This document shows positions 1-8,565 of a DNA stretch of 64,000 nt, piece after piece. Origin of the DNA: a virus. The DNA lies in IMG/VR virus record IMGVR_UViG_3300027741_000001; one strand, written 5' to 3'. The position numbers and the translations under genes were made by a program. A model generated the notes under the pieces. The model made no database searches. It saw only the letters and a program-made list of their open reading frames with translations, and was not told the DNA's origin. Within the stretch, counting starts at the first letter, position 1. Every line of letters begins with the position of its first letter.

Positions 1-443
1 GTAAACTGAGGACCACGCAAAGAGTCAGGTTCATCAGCAGTAAAGCAGGTAGCCGTATTACCATTAGGCCAAGTAAGTCTTCTCTTAGAGGGTTCATACA
101 AAGGTCTCTCGCTAGGTGGAGTGACATTCATAATGCCAGACTCACCTTCAACGATTACATCTCGCACGTCAGCTGCAGTACGAGCAACTAGAGCAAAGCG
201 TCTTTGTCCTGTAGTTGTGTGCTTAGCTTCTTCACGAACCCACTCGGCTGCTGTCCTAGTCTTACCAGCACCACGACCGGCTATATAAGCCCAAATGTTC
301 CAGTCACCTTCAGGTGCTTGCTGCTCTGGTCTACCCCAGACTGACCAGTCCCACATAAGTGAGTCTGCATCCATACCGGATAGTACTTTAGCCTGTTCTT
401 CAGGGGGAAGCATTGCGATCTGCTCCATGATACTTTTAGCCAT
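1..443 (-). CDS. terL: Terminase large subunit, N-terminal part (runs off window)
   Basis: Manual translation from ATG at 443: MAKSIMEQ...WAYIAGRGAGKTRTAAEWV...VIVEGESGI...TWPNG...ADEPDSLRGPQF; Walker A (GRGAGKT) and LRGPQF motifs of terminase ATPase domains. Confidence 0.92.
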   Translation of the reverse strand, partial: MAKSIMEQIAMLPPEEQAKVLSGMDADSLMWDWSVWGRPEQQAPEGDWNIWAYIAGRGAGKTRTAAEWVREEAKHTTTGQRRFALVARTAADVRDVIVEGESGIMNVTPPSERPLYEPSKRRLTWPNGNTATCFTADEPDSLRGPQF

Positions 444-511
444 TTAGTCTCCTACCTCCATGATAGTAGAAACGGCCCCGCATTAGCAGGACCGCCTCTG
501 AAATGTATAGC

Positions 512-1039
512 TTAACCAAGCACAATACGAACGTTCGGGTCACCCTCGAACAGTGCAGTGAAAGTATCTGCATTCATAAGGCCATCGCCAACAATGTTGT
601 TATTAGCCTGGAATACAGCCACTGCTTGCTTAGTAAGATCACCATAGTAACCGGCTTTAACTAGGCCATCTTGCAACAGCTCTAGCTCAATGAGCCTACG
701 CTGAACGTGATAGACAGTTAGTGATCTACGGTTAGCATCATTCTTGTATACGCAAGAGGATAGCACCACGTCATCTACTACGCCTGTTCCAACTACAGCT
801 GGGCCAGCAGGGGTAGGCAAGTAGTTCTCGATGTCTTCTCTAGTTACCGCAACTGGTGCAGCATACTTAGTATCCTCGACTACAGCTACAGGTTCAACTA
901 CAGGTTCAACTACAGGTTCAACTGTAGGCTCAACCGCATCTTCTACTACTAGTTCTGCAACAATCTCTGGCTCTTCAACCACTGCTGCTACTTCTTCAAC
1001 TACGACTTCTTCAGCCGCATCTGTTTCTTTCTTTGCCAT
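512..1039 (-). CDS. Protein with acidic V/E/P-rich N-terminus and C-terminal peptidoglycan-binding-like domain
   Basis: VQRRL...GYYGDLTKQAVAVFQ...DG...T pattern of PG_binding_1; short 12-nt repeats encode VVEP. Confidence 0.65.
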   Translation of the reverse strand: MAKKETDAAEEVVVEEVAAVVEEPEIVAELVVEDAVEPTVEPVVEPVVEPVAVVEDTKYAAPVAVTREDIENYLPTPAGPAVVGTGVVDDVVLSSCVYKNDANRRSLTVYHVQRRLIELELLQDGLVKAGYYGDLTKQAVAVFQANNNIVGDGLMNADTFTALFEGDPNVRIVLG

Positions 1040-1068
1040 AAGGCCTCCTTTGTAAGATTAGATCTCTA

Positions 1069-1239
1069 TTATACCCGCTGAGCAAGCAGGGCCATCGAGA
1101 TCGAAGTTAGTCCAAATACAACGGGAAGTACTGGTGATCCAATACTTGCTACCGCAAGCACGATAGCGACTACTGCAAGCAGTACAGATATGACTGAGAC
1201 CCAAACAATATCTCTAAGTCTGATCAACCATCCTGGCAT
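1069..1239 (-). CDS. Small membrane protein (56 aa, not in ORF track)
   Basis: Manual translation MPGWLIRLRDIVWVSVISVLLAVVAIVLAVASIGSPVLPVVFGLTSISMALLAQRV; start overlaps upstream stop. Confidence 0.55.
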   Translation of the reverse strand: MPGWLIRLRDIVWVSVISVLLAVVAIVLAVASIGSPVLPVVFGLTSISMALLAQRV

Positions 1240-1517
1240 TACTTGGCCGCCTTCTTCTTTTTAGGTGCTGCAACTATTGGACCGTATGAGTCTTCTAGCT
1301 TAGGTGCAACTACTCCAAGCAGAGGCTGTACCTTCTTGCCTTTCGGCTTCTTGTTACCGCAAGCGCAGTTGCCACCGCAAGCACACTTGGGTGTCTCGAT
1401 GACTATACTTACAGTTTTGGTCTTTTTGACCTGCTTACGACAAATAAAATTGTACAGTACAGCAGATACAAAGCCTACGGCTAGTGCCAGTAGAGCTAGG
1501 GTAATATATGTTTCCAT
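1239..1517 (-). CDS. Membrane-anchored basic hypothetical protein
   Basis: ORF track 1239..1550; likelier start METYIT at 1517 after GAGGAG; N-terminal TM, CACGGNCAC, Lys-rich tail. Confidence 0.6.
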   Translation of the reverse strand: METYITLALLALAVGFVSAVLYNFICRKQVKKTKTVSIVIETPKCACGGNCACGNKKPKGKKVQPLLGVVAPKLEDSYGPIVAAPKKKKAAK

Positions 1518-1518
1518 G

Positions 1519-1665
1519 TCACTCCTCGATATCAGATATAAAGCCGGCATTATCTACCGTCCTGTTAAGAACAAGACTAACAGCGGCTAATACGAGTAGG
1601 GTGATCGAACCCACTACGGCTACAACAATAGTTGCAACAATAGCTAATGCATATATGGGATCCAT
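1519..1665 (-). CDS. Small single-TM protein (48 aa)
   Basis: Manual translation MDPIYALAIVATIVVAVVGSITLLVLAAVSLVLNRTVDNAGFISDIEE, GAAAGGA RBS. Confidence 0.5.
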   Translation of the reverse strand: MDPIYALAIVATIVVAVVGSITLLVLAAVSLVLNRTVDNAGFISDIEE

Positions 1666-1778
1666 CAATCATCCTTTCGTATGTACTAATTCTATACTGT
1701 GTTCAAAAATGTGAGAAGGCCCCCAGCATTACACTGGAGGCCTTCTTTAGAATCTAAGCAGCTTGTAGCCGTTCCACC

Positions 1779-2354
1779 TTAAATTTTCTTCTGCTTAAGA
1801 ACACGAACGAAACGGATCTGACTTCCTTTGTAGTTAGTCAGTGGTTCAACAATAGTTGTACCTGATCCATAGTTAGCATTAATGATCTTATTGCCACCAA
1901 TATAAATAGCGGCATGATAGAAATTGGAGCTACCATTGTACGCAAATACAACGATATCTCCAACGTTAGGGATAGATACTCGGCTACCAAGATGACCTTG
2001 TTTATTAGCAGAGTGTGGAAGGGTTATACCGAACTGTCTATAAGTCCAGCGAACCATTCCGGAACAGTCCCATCCCCTGGTCGTATCGCCTGAGAAGACA
2101 TATGATGTTCTTCCTACGCGGGACTTCAGGTACTTCACAAGCAGAGACATTCGTGCATAGTTTCTAACCTCTTTCGAGCTAGATGCTTTTTGCATGAAAT
2201 GCAACTGCGAGCTAGTCAACGGATTTGTCTTTACAACAAATGTTGATGTTTCTGTTGGTTTCGCTACTTGATATTTGGATGCTATAGCTGCAGAAGCTGA
2301 GCATCCGGCAATGGTTAATACCACCGCTACTAGTAATGTTGCGAACTTTCTCAT
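1779..2354 (-). CDS. Secreted NlpC/P60 (C40) cell-wall peptidase
   Basis: Signal peptide; YVFSG...WDCSGMV...PGD-like VGDIVVF...HAAIYIG catalytic Cys/His motifs. Confidence 0.9.
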   Translation of the reverse strand: MRKFATLLVAVVLTIAGCSASAAIASKYQVAKPTETSTFVVKTNPLTSSQLHFMQKASSSKEVRNYARMSLLVKYLKSRVGRTSYVFSGDTTRGWDCSGMVRWTYRQFGITLPHSANKQGHLGSRVSIPNVGDIVVFAYNGSSNFYHAAIYIGGNKIINANYGSGTTIVEPLTNYKGSQIRFVRVLKQKKI

Positions 2355-2466
2355 TGGCGACCTACCTTTCCTGATTTTTGAGGTGAGTTAGTACTCGGTC
2401 GTTATTGTTGGGTTCTCCCATAACCGTTCATCTTTAAACGGTATTTTTAGATTGTAGCACTAAATG

Positions 2467-2685
2467 CTACTCTTCGGTGACAGTTCCAGACTCGGAGGCT
2501 ATCATCAGAAGCTTTACAAAATGTGTTACATCGGGATCCATGATCTCTTTCTGATGTAAAAAGTACTCATATTGAAGATCCAGGTTCTCTTCTACGGTTA
2601 GCTCTTTAGGATCAAGAGTTCCTTTTTTATATTCCTGGTAAGCGGTATCTAGTTTTTGACTCGGTATGTTCATGTGGGGCTCCAA
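2467..2685 (-). CDS. Hypothetical protein
   Basis: ORF track, co-oriented with neighbours, downstream of GGTAAAAT -10-like box. Confidence 0.5.
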   Translation of the reverse strand: MEPHMNIPSQKLDTAYQEYKKGTLDPKELTVEENLDLQYEYFLHQKEIMDPDVTHFVKLLMIASESGTVTEE

Positions 2686-2795
2686 TCTTAGTATATTTTA
2701 CCTTACTCCAGGTAAAGGTAATCCCCCGGAGCGAACACGCACCAGGGGGATAACTCAGATTTATATAATCTACCGCATTAGACCAGGGTTAGTAC

Positions 2796-3017
2796 CTAAT
2801 CTTTCCTGGTAGAAATGATGGACCAGGCCAGGGTAATCAAAGATAAACCGGCAAATACCCAGCTGGTAACTTCCCACCTGGCGTACATAGCAAGGGTGTT
2901 GGCATTGTCATCAAATAAAATGTACTGATCTAAATAGAGCCTGGATATCTGCACTGAAAGAAGTCCAGCAATAGCTAGAAGTAAAGCAATAGAAATTCTT
3001 GTAAGAAACTTTTTCAT
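2796..3017 (-). CDS. Two-TM membrane protein
   Basis: Two hydrophobic segments; GGAAGG RBS. Confidence 0.6.
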   Translation of the reverse strand: MKKFLTRISIALLLAIAGLLSVQISRLYLDQYILFDDNANTLAMYARWEVTSWVFAGLSLITLAWSIISTRKD

Positions 3018-3209
3018 TTTGTACCTTCCGTATAAGTAGAGAAAGTTCTCTAACTAAATCTAAGCATATAATAATCTCCCAGGTCAGTCGGTATCTAAAT
3101 CCTGGTGTGTCTAGCTGTCCCTGGTTATTTATTTTAGATCCTGGCACCAGGTCGCACCTGGTAAAGATAAACCCCCGGTATCTCTACCAGGGGATTATCG
3201 GCAACCGGA

Positions 3210-3389
3210 TTACTCTAGTATTCCGGTATCCTGGTCGCTATGGTGGCAAGTCCAAGCCCAGTCGTTCCTGGTTATCTTGGTTCTGTCCCAGTGTTCGTTC
3301 TCATAACATCTACCGCAGATTTCACATTGAGTAAAAGTCTCTCCATTAGAAAGTCTTACTAGGGTTGATGTTGTCTGTAAGTAAAACAT
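3210..3389 (-). CDS. Small Zn-finger-like protein (59 aa, not in ORF track)
   Basis: Manual translation MFYLQTTSTLVRLSNGETFTQCEICGRCYENEHWDRTKITRNDWAWTCHHSDQDTGILE, downstream of cassette promoter. Confidence 0.6.
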   Translation of the reverse strand: MFYLQTTSTLVRLSNGETFTQCEICGRCYENEHWDRTKITRNDWAWTCHHSDQDTGILE

Positions 3390-3404
3390 TTTTTCTCATT
3401 TCCG

Positions 3405-3461
3405 CTAGGTGATTTTTCCTAACTAATAAAACTTTACCAGTTCCAGCTGGGAATAGTCAAG
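3405..3461 (-). promoter_or_regulatory. Early-cassette sigmaA-type promoter plus leader hairpin (representative of about 15-18 copies)
   Basis: CTTGACT-N18-TAAAGT then TAGTTAGG...CCTAG; -35 boxes (GTCAA on + strand) recur at about 3777, 4245, 4682, 5992, 6784, 7445, 8528, 9936, 10671, 11813, 13393/13403, 14809, 16787, 18524, 20586. Confidence 0.85.
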
Positions 3462-3478
3462 TATGTAGCAAATAAAAA

Positions 3479-3506
3479 TAAGCAGTTTAGACACTTGCTC
3501 AGGTGT
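3479..3506 (-). ncRNA. 28-nt H-type pseudoknot repeat, copy 1
   Basis: ACAC-CUGAGCAA-GUGU-CUAAAC-UGCUUA; P1 ACAC/GUGU, P2 UGAGCA/UGCUUA. Confidence 0.8.
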
Positions 3507-3512
3507 TTAGAA

Positions 3513-3707
3513 TTATTCGTGATCGTCATAATCAGGTTCAGGTGGCTCAAAGGTTATAGTGTTCTCGGCATCACACTCATCACAGATTACAATTTTTTCA
3601 CCATCTCCCCTAGAAACTGTTTGCTCGCTGTCCTCGTTCTCATACTCACACTTCTCACAAGTGAAAGATACTGATACTGATACTTCATCATCTCCGTATT
3701 CAAACAT
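3513..3707 (-). CDS. Small acidic Zn-ribbon protein, paralog of 6504..6716
   Basis: CEKC...CDEC; shares SVSF.C.KCE.EN with 6504..6716. Confidence 0.75.
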   Translation of the reverse strand: MFEYGDDEVSVSVSFTCEKCEYENEDSEQTVSRGDGEKIVICDECDAENTITFEPPEPDYDDHE

Positions 3708-3808
3708 TTTACATCTCCATTTTCCGTTAGGTCGTTTGCCTAACTAATCCAACTTTAGCATCTCCGTATAGAAATAGTCAAATAAATAAATAATTTTTTT
3801 GCGTGTTT

Positions 3809-3973
3809 CTATTTTCTAAATCTTTTCCTGATCCAAAAAGTTCCGTGAGTTCGGCAGAATACTTTGTGCCTACAAGGAACTAAAACTAATATTCCGTAAT
3901 CTTTTGGTTCTTGGATTAGTCCTAATGCGAACTGTTCCGCTTGTTCAGCGTCAGCTGGTTTCTCTATAAACAT
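3809..3973 (-). CDS. Small hypothetical protein (54 aa, not in ORF track) with G-run RBS
   Basis: MFIEKPADAEQAEQFALGLIQEPKDYGILVLVPCRHKVFCRTHGTFWIRKRFRK; preceded by TAGGGGGGGGTT. Confidence 0.6.
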   Translation of the reverse strand: MFIEKPADAEQAEQFALGLIQEPKDYGILVLVPCRHKVFCRTHGTFWIRKRFRK

Positions 3974-3982
3974 AACCCCCCC

Positions 3983-4189
3983 CTAATCTATCTTGGGATA
4001 GTAAGGGGTTGGGTCATAGCAACTCTCGCAATAACCAGTCTTGTCATTAGCCGTATAGCGTTCGGTATCTATCAGGGGATTAGTAGCCGTAATAAGTTCA
4101 TCACAACTAGGGCAAACTTCGTTAGTTGCTGATAGTCCAACAATTTTAGCAACCTTGTTGATGTCTAGAAAGTTTTCCATTTTTCTCAT
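3983..4189 (-). CDS. Small Zn-finger protein; C-terminus paralogous to 8669..8950
   Basis: CPSC...NPLIDTERY...GYCESCYDPTP; start at 4189 or 4180. Confidence 0.75.
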   Translation of the reverse strand: MRKMENFLDINKVAKIVGLSATNEVCPSCDELITATNPLIDTERYTANDKTGYCESCYDPTPYYPKID

Positions 4190-4331
4190 TTCTGTTCGGC
4201 AACTTGCCTAACTAATAAAACTCTATCACCGCAAGTTTTATTCCGTCAAGTATCTAAGTATTTTATTTTGGCGTGTCTAGGTAAAACTAAACCCCTGCCT
4301 GAGCTTCGGCAAGGGTTCAGTTTCACGATCT

Positions 4332-4610
4332 CTATAAGGCTCGTAAGGCTTCTACAAGGCTAGGGTATTGTCCGTATTCACTAATAGTTTCTATGCCTGT
4401 ATCGGTGACTAGCCTGATAGTAAAAACCTTAGTGTCCTGCTGGTAGTTCCATTCGCTAGTTACAAACTTTAGACCCTGTTCAGTTTCTTTCAGGCTTGAC
4501 CAAAAAATAGTTGATTTGAAAAACTCCAGTGTTGATTTAGAAAACCACTCTTTATTATCGGCAACAATTTTTTGCCAAACTGGACTTGACTTGGTGACTT
4601 GTAGTTTCAT
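4332..4610 (-). CDS. Hypothetical phage protein
   Basis: Own promoter, RBS and terminator; WFSKSTLEFFKS motif. Confidence 0.75.
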   Translation of the reverse strand: MKLQVTKSSPVWQKIVADNKEWFSKSTLEFFKSTIFWSSLKETEQGLKFVTSEWNYQQDTKVFTIRLVTDTGIETISEYGQYPSLVEALRAL

Positions 4611-4755
4611 TTTTCTACTTTCTTTATTTTGATTAGGCGATTACCTAACTACTAAAATCCTAGATCACTTATCGGCATTTAGTCAAGATTATTCTGGCGT
4701 GTCCAAAAATAAAAAACCCCTAGCCTTTCGGCTAAGGGCTTTCTACTCTCGGGGC

Positions 4756-5034
4756 TTAGTCCTGCTTAGTCAAGTCCAGAACTAACTCGGCAGACATATC
4801 GCCAGTCCAAACTATCTCAATGTCATCGTGACTGTCTATGTAATCTTGGTCAGGGTATCCAGTAAAATCGTGTCCAATAATCTCGTTATCTTCTCTAACC
4901 TGATCCATAGCATCATCTTCATCTTCGGCAAAAACAGTTCCCATTAGTTCAATGTTCCTGAGTTCGCAATCTCTGTCATAGCCGAAAGGGTAAATTTCAA
5001 TCCACCAATAAACTCGATATTCTTTCTTTTCCAT
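4756..5034 (-). CDS. Acidic hypothetical protein
   Basis: Own promoter/leader hairpin and terminator (about 4711-4742). Confidence 0.75.
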   Translation of the reverse strand: MEKKEYRVYWWIEIYPFGYDRDCELRNIELMGTVFAEDEDDAMDQVREDNEIIGHDFTGYPDQDYIDSHDDIEIVWTGDMSAELVLDLTKQD

Positions 5035-5145
5035 TTTTTACTCCGTAACTGCTAGGCACTTCACCTAACTACTTCAACTTTATCAGTCCCGAATGGAAAT
5101 AAGCAAGCGTGTCGGTATTTATTTTTTGGATCTCTAGAAATCTCT

Positions 5146-5304
5146 CTAAGACTTCTTTACCCTGACCATACGCTTTAGTCTTAGGTTCAGCTCAAAGGGA
5201 ATTAGACCGGCAAGCATAGCCCTATAAAGTAAGTCATAGGTTCTAAACCTGTCTAGTCTGTCCAGCTCGGCAACTCGTTCTGGCGTGAATTTAGTTCTTC
5301 TCAT
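5146..5304 (-). CDS. Small basic hypothetical protein
   Basis: 3' part of ORF 5146..5400; likely start MRRTKF after AAAGGAGG. Confidence 0.55.
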   Translation of the reverse strand: MRRTKFTPERVAELDRLDRFRTYDLLYRAMLAGLIPFELNLRLKRMVRVKKS

Positions 5305-5384
5305 TTTGCCTCCTTTGTAGTTAGTCATTACATAAATAATAACTTCTAATCGGCATAAAAAATTCCCGATCTCTAAAAAATAAA

Positions 5385-5412
5385 TGAACCTTTTAGACAC
5401 TTGTTCAGGTGT
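5385..5412 (-). ncRNA. 28-nt pseudoknot repeat, copy 2
   Basis: ACAC-CUGAACAA-GUGU-CUAAAA-GGUUCA; compensatory change in P2 (UGAAC/GUUCA). Confidence 0.8.
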
Positions 5413-5451
5413 GTTCGGCAGAGGGGAAATGAAAGAAACCCTCTCCCAAGT

Positions 5452-5643
5452 CTATTTACGCCTATTACGCTTTCTAATAAATCTAGGAAGCTCGGCAACT
5501 GCTAGTAGCAACGCTACAAACAATAGCAGAAATGCCAAAGTAAATCCAATCTCAAATGCTCGCTGATTATTGTCGGCTATAAATCCATAATAGATACCGC
5601 AACCAGCAGACCATAAACCTAATACTGCCAAAAATGTTTTCAC
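5452..5643 (-). CDS. Two-TM small membrane protein
   Basis: Hydrophobic segments and Arg/Lys tail. Confidence 0.65.
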   Translation of the reverse strand: MKTFLAVLGLWSAGCGIYYGFIADNNQRAFEIGFTLAFLLLFVALLLAVAELPRFIRKRNRRK

Positions 5644-5675
5644 AACTTCACCGCAACTTTCTATTAGTTTTTAGT

Positions 5676-5703
5676 TGAGCCTTTTTAGAACTTGCTCAGG
5701 TTC
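5676..5703 (-). ncRNA. 28-nt pseudoknot repeat, copy 3
   Basis: GAAC-CUGAGCAA-GUUC-UAAAAA-GGCUCA; compensatory change in P1 (GAAC/GUUC). Confidence 0.8.
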
Positions 5704-5708
5704 GGCAC

Positions 5709-5936
5709 TTACTTTACTTTCTCGCCAATTGCGATCAGTAATTCAGTTGGAGAAACTTCCAGCTCACGACATAGCACCGCCAAAGTATTTGACGGAATGT
5801 GTCGTTGATTATGAAAGTATCGGCTAAGGCTAGACTTCTGTAAGCCTGTTGCGATAGCGAATTGGTTTAGAGATTTGTATCCCTGTTGCTCGTAGCGAGC
5901 AATAAACCAAGTCCAAGTATCAACTTTTTTTCCCAT
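5709..5936 (-). CDS. XRE/Cro-family HTH transcriptional regulator
   Basis: SLNQFAIATGLQKSSLSRYF...LCRELEVSPTELL HTH pattern. Confidence 0.85.
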   Translation of the reverse strand: MGKKVDTWTWFIARYEQQGYKSLNQFAIATGLQKSSLSRYFHNQRHIPSNTLAVLCRELEVSPTELLIAIGEKVK

Positions 5937-6328
5937 TTTTTCACCTCTTTTCGTCTTGATGTATTCAGTTTAGTTGCTGTTTGGAAACTTTGTCAAGTTT
6001 ATCCGCATTTTATTTTTTGGCGTTTCTACGATCTCTTGACTTGGTATCAAGCTTGTTCGCATACCAACTAAGTCGGTGTCCTGTATTCATTAGCACTCCG
6101 CTAATACTTCTAAGACTTCTAGCAATTTTATTTAGCATTATCTAATCTCTCTTTATCGGTGTTCCCCTGTAATACAGCATAGCGTTCTGCTCGCCACTCT
6201 TTACACTCTCGGCACTCTTGTTTATGTGTGTTCTCACCAATGTATTTTACTTCCGTAAGCTTGCCACAAGACCAGCAGGCGATCTTAGATTTTCTATCTT
6301 TCACTTTTGCCTTTCCAAAGATTTAGGT

Positions 6329-6356
6329 TGAGCCTTTTAGACACTTGCTCGGGTGT
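6329..6356 (-). ncRNA. 28-nt pseudoknot repeat, copy 4
   Basis: ACAC-CCGAGCAA-GUGU-CUAAAA-GGCUCA; lies between two small Cys-rich ORFs. Confidence 0.75.
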
Positions 6357-6503
6357 TGTTGCTAGTTAGTGCTGTTCACATCCACAGCAGTTATCGCAAG
6401 CGATAGGGTTGCTGTTTGCGCAAACACAGAATATATCCAGTTCTGTTTCGCATTTAGGGCAAAGTGCTATCTGTCCTGTTGTAGTTCTGATAAACTCGTC
6501 CAT

Positions 6504-6716
6504 TTAGTCATCACCAAAACTAACGCTGTTGTTCTCGCCACACTCGGCACACTCAACATCAACATCTCCCGACCTGCCACCAACTACAACTTCTACGCTG
6601 TCGTTCTCAACTTCACACTTGCCACACTCAAAGCTGACGCTAATCTCTCGTTCATTATCCCAAGGGGTAGCAGTTCTCCAACCATCATAACCGCCACCAA
6701 TGTCGTATCCACTCAT
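6504..6716 (-). CDS. Small acidic Zn-ribbon protein, paralog of 3513..3707
   Basis: CGKC...CAEC; promoter spacer ATCTCCGTATAGAAATAGTCAA identical to that of 3513..3707. Confidence 0.75.
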   Translation of the reverse strand: MSGYDIGGGYDGWRTATPWDNEREISVSFECGKCEVENDSVEVVVGGRSGDVDVECAECGENNSVSFGDD

Positions 6717-6896
6717 TTTTATCTCCGTATCTGTTAGGCGATTTACCTAACTACTCCAAGATTACTATCTCCGTATAGAAATAGTCAAGTATTTAGATTA
6801 TTTATTTTTCGGTGTGTCGCAAGTTTCACCAGATCGTCTTTTTTCGGGCAAAGCTAAACCCCCTAACCATTTAGGCTAAGGGGTTCGGCTTACTTC

Positions 6897-7370
6897 CTAG
6901 ATACTCATAACTCCGTATGTTCCAATAACTAGGGATAGAACAATGGCGTAAGGTCCTAGTGGAACGCTAGTTCCAGCCTTAGCCTTACGAATAACCACCC
7001 GATAGAGCGTTGCGACAATGCCAGCAATAAGGCTTACAGCAACCAATACCACCGGCAACCACCAGACAAACCAGCCGATTACTAGGGAACTACCAAAGAA
7101 TAACTTGATGTCCCCCATACCTAATAAGTCATAGTAGTTAGCAAACATACCAGCAATACCGATACCAAACGCAACTGCCAAAGCTAATCCTAATCTCCAC
7201 CACTCTCCACCAGCGAAACTAGCAACTAAGTCGGCAACCAAACTCATAACGATAAATGGCAGGATAATCTTGTTCGGTAGTCGGTGTTCTCTAATGTCTA
7301 TGACGATTAGGGGAATAGCAACGATAGCCAGATAAACCAATGGCATTACAGCGATAAGTGTTGTGTTCAT
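6897..7370 (-). CDS. Prepilin peptidase, A24 family (TadV/CpaA-like, no methylase domain)
   Basis: Multi-TM; IDIREHRLPN (first Asp), GMGDIKL (second Asp), VPLGPY C-terminal motif. Confidence 0.88.
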   Translation of the reverse strand: MNTTLIAVMPLVYLAIVAIPLIVIDIREHRLPNKIILPFIVMSLVADLVASFAGGEWWRLGLALAVAFGIGIAGMFANYYDLLGMGDIKLFFGSSLVIGWFVWWLPVVLVAVSLIAGIVATLYRVVIRKAKAGTSVPLGPYAIVLSLVIGTYGVMSI

Positions 7371-7456
7371 TTGAGTTCCTTACTCTCATTTAGGTTAGGC
7401 GATTACCTAACTACTCTCAACTTTACTAAACCTGTTCGGGAATAGTCAAGTTATTT

Positions 7457-7741
7457 TTAGGCGTGTTTTACTAAATAAACAATGGCAATGTATTCATCAG
7501 CATAGGTCGCAACATTATCGGTAAATGTCCAGTTGCGAGCTTTATCTATGTCTAACCACGAAAGTTTGCCGGTGCTATCTTTTAGGGCAACGCTGTTAGT
7601 TTGTAGTTTCCCTATCGTTCTGACCTGATCTAGAAACTTATGAGGTTTTTCCTCACCTGTCTTTATGTCTAGGTATTTGATAATCGTTAGGGTTGTATCA
7701 GGCTTGGCTAATACTCTTTTGAACTCGGCAAGTGTTTTCAT
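7457..7741 (-). CDS. Hypothetical protein
   Basis: AAGGAG RBS; ORF track. Confidence 0.7.
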   Translation of the reverse strand: MKTLAEFKRVLAKPDTTLTIIKYLDIKTGEEKPHKFLDQVRTIGKLQTNSVALKDSTGKLSWLDIDKARNWTFTDNVATYADEYIAIVYLVKHA

Positions 7742-7783
7742 TAGTTCTCCTTTTTTAGTTGTGTTCTAACTTTACCAGCTTGG

Positions 7784-8032
7784 CTAGTCTAAGCCAAACT
7801 CTTTTCTAAACTTAACAATGTCTAATCTAGTTTCGGTAATCATCTCACCTAGTTCATTAGACTTTATTGTCGCCTGTTCTAGCTGTGATAATAGCCTGTC
7901 TAGAAACGCTAAGTCTTTATTCGGTGTTGTCTTTACCTGCTCGGTAATACCTTCCAATAGAGATAATAACCCTGCTCGTCTAGATTTTAGATCTAGTAAT
8001 CTCTGTTGTAGTTGTTCTAGTTGCTCGTTCAT
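7784..8032 (-). CDS. Coiled-coil hypothetical protein
   Basis: Heptad Leu pattern; RBS. Confidence 0.65.
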   Translation of the reverse strand: MNEQLEQLQQRLLDLKSRRAGLLSLLEGITEQVKTTPNKDLAFLDRLLSQLEQATIKSNELGEMITETRLDIVKFRKEFGLD

Positions 8033-8099
8033 TTTTATTTTCCCTTGTTAGTGATAAAGGTGATAACCCTTTTGGATTACCACCTTTATCGGTGTAGTT

Positions 8100-8456
8100 C
8101 TAACTTACCTTATCGGCATACGCTAACGCAAACTGCTCGGCAGTATAAGTTTCTCCGTCATACTGAACTGAACCTGTATCGGCATTTACAACAACGACAG
8201 GATTATCGTCAAAGGTGTCGCTAGGCTCTGCCTTTATTGCTCTAATGCCGAAACTCAACTCTCCGTTGTAGTTTCCTAACTTTGCGTATTCATAGAATAG
8301 CTGTGCTGTTAGATAAGACGGGTCGCCTATTCTGCCCGTTCTGTCCAATACATTACCAACTGCCTTAGCGTTGTCTGTGCCTGACCAATGCCCATAAAGT
8401 TCTATGGCTGTATCAAACTGCTCGCTTGTGATGTGGATAGTTGCTCTATCGCCCAT
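8100..8456 (-). CDS. Hypothetical phage protein (MGDRA...LYGHWSG type)
   Basis: Own promoter (8528) and AAGGAG RBS. Confidence 0.75.
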   Translation of the reverse strand: MGDRATIHITSEQFDTAIELYGHWSGTDNAKAVGNVLDRTGRIGDPSYLTAQLFYEYAKLGNYNGELSFGIRAIKAEPSDTFDDNPVVVVNADTGSVQYDGETYTAEQFALAYADKVS

Positions 8457-8565
8457 TTTTGTTTCTCCTTTTTCGGTGGTTTATTTTTTTTGGTGCTAAC
8501 TAATCTAACCACAACTACCTAAGATTAGTCAAGCTTATTTTCCGGTATGTTCCCTAAATAAAAAA

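Noticed and set aside
2355-2445. c-di-AMP (ydaO) riboswitch upstream of NlpC/P60
   Set aside because: Too short and lacks the conserved segments I would expect
3479-3506. Pseudoknot repeat as pistol, hammerhead or preQ1 element
   Set aside because: Lacks pistol P2/P3 and the hammerhead CUGANGA/GAAA core; sequence and gene context do not fit preQ1
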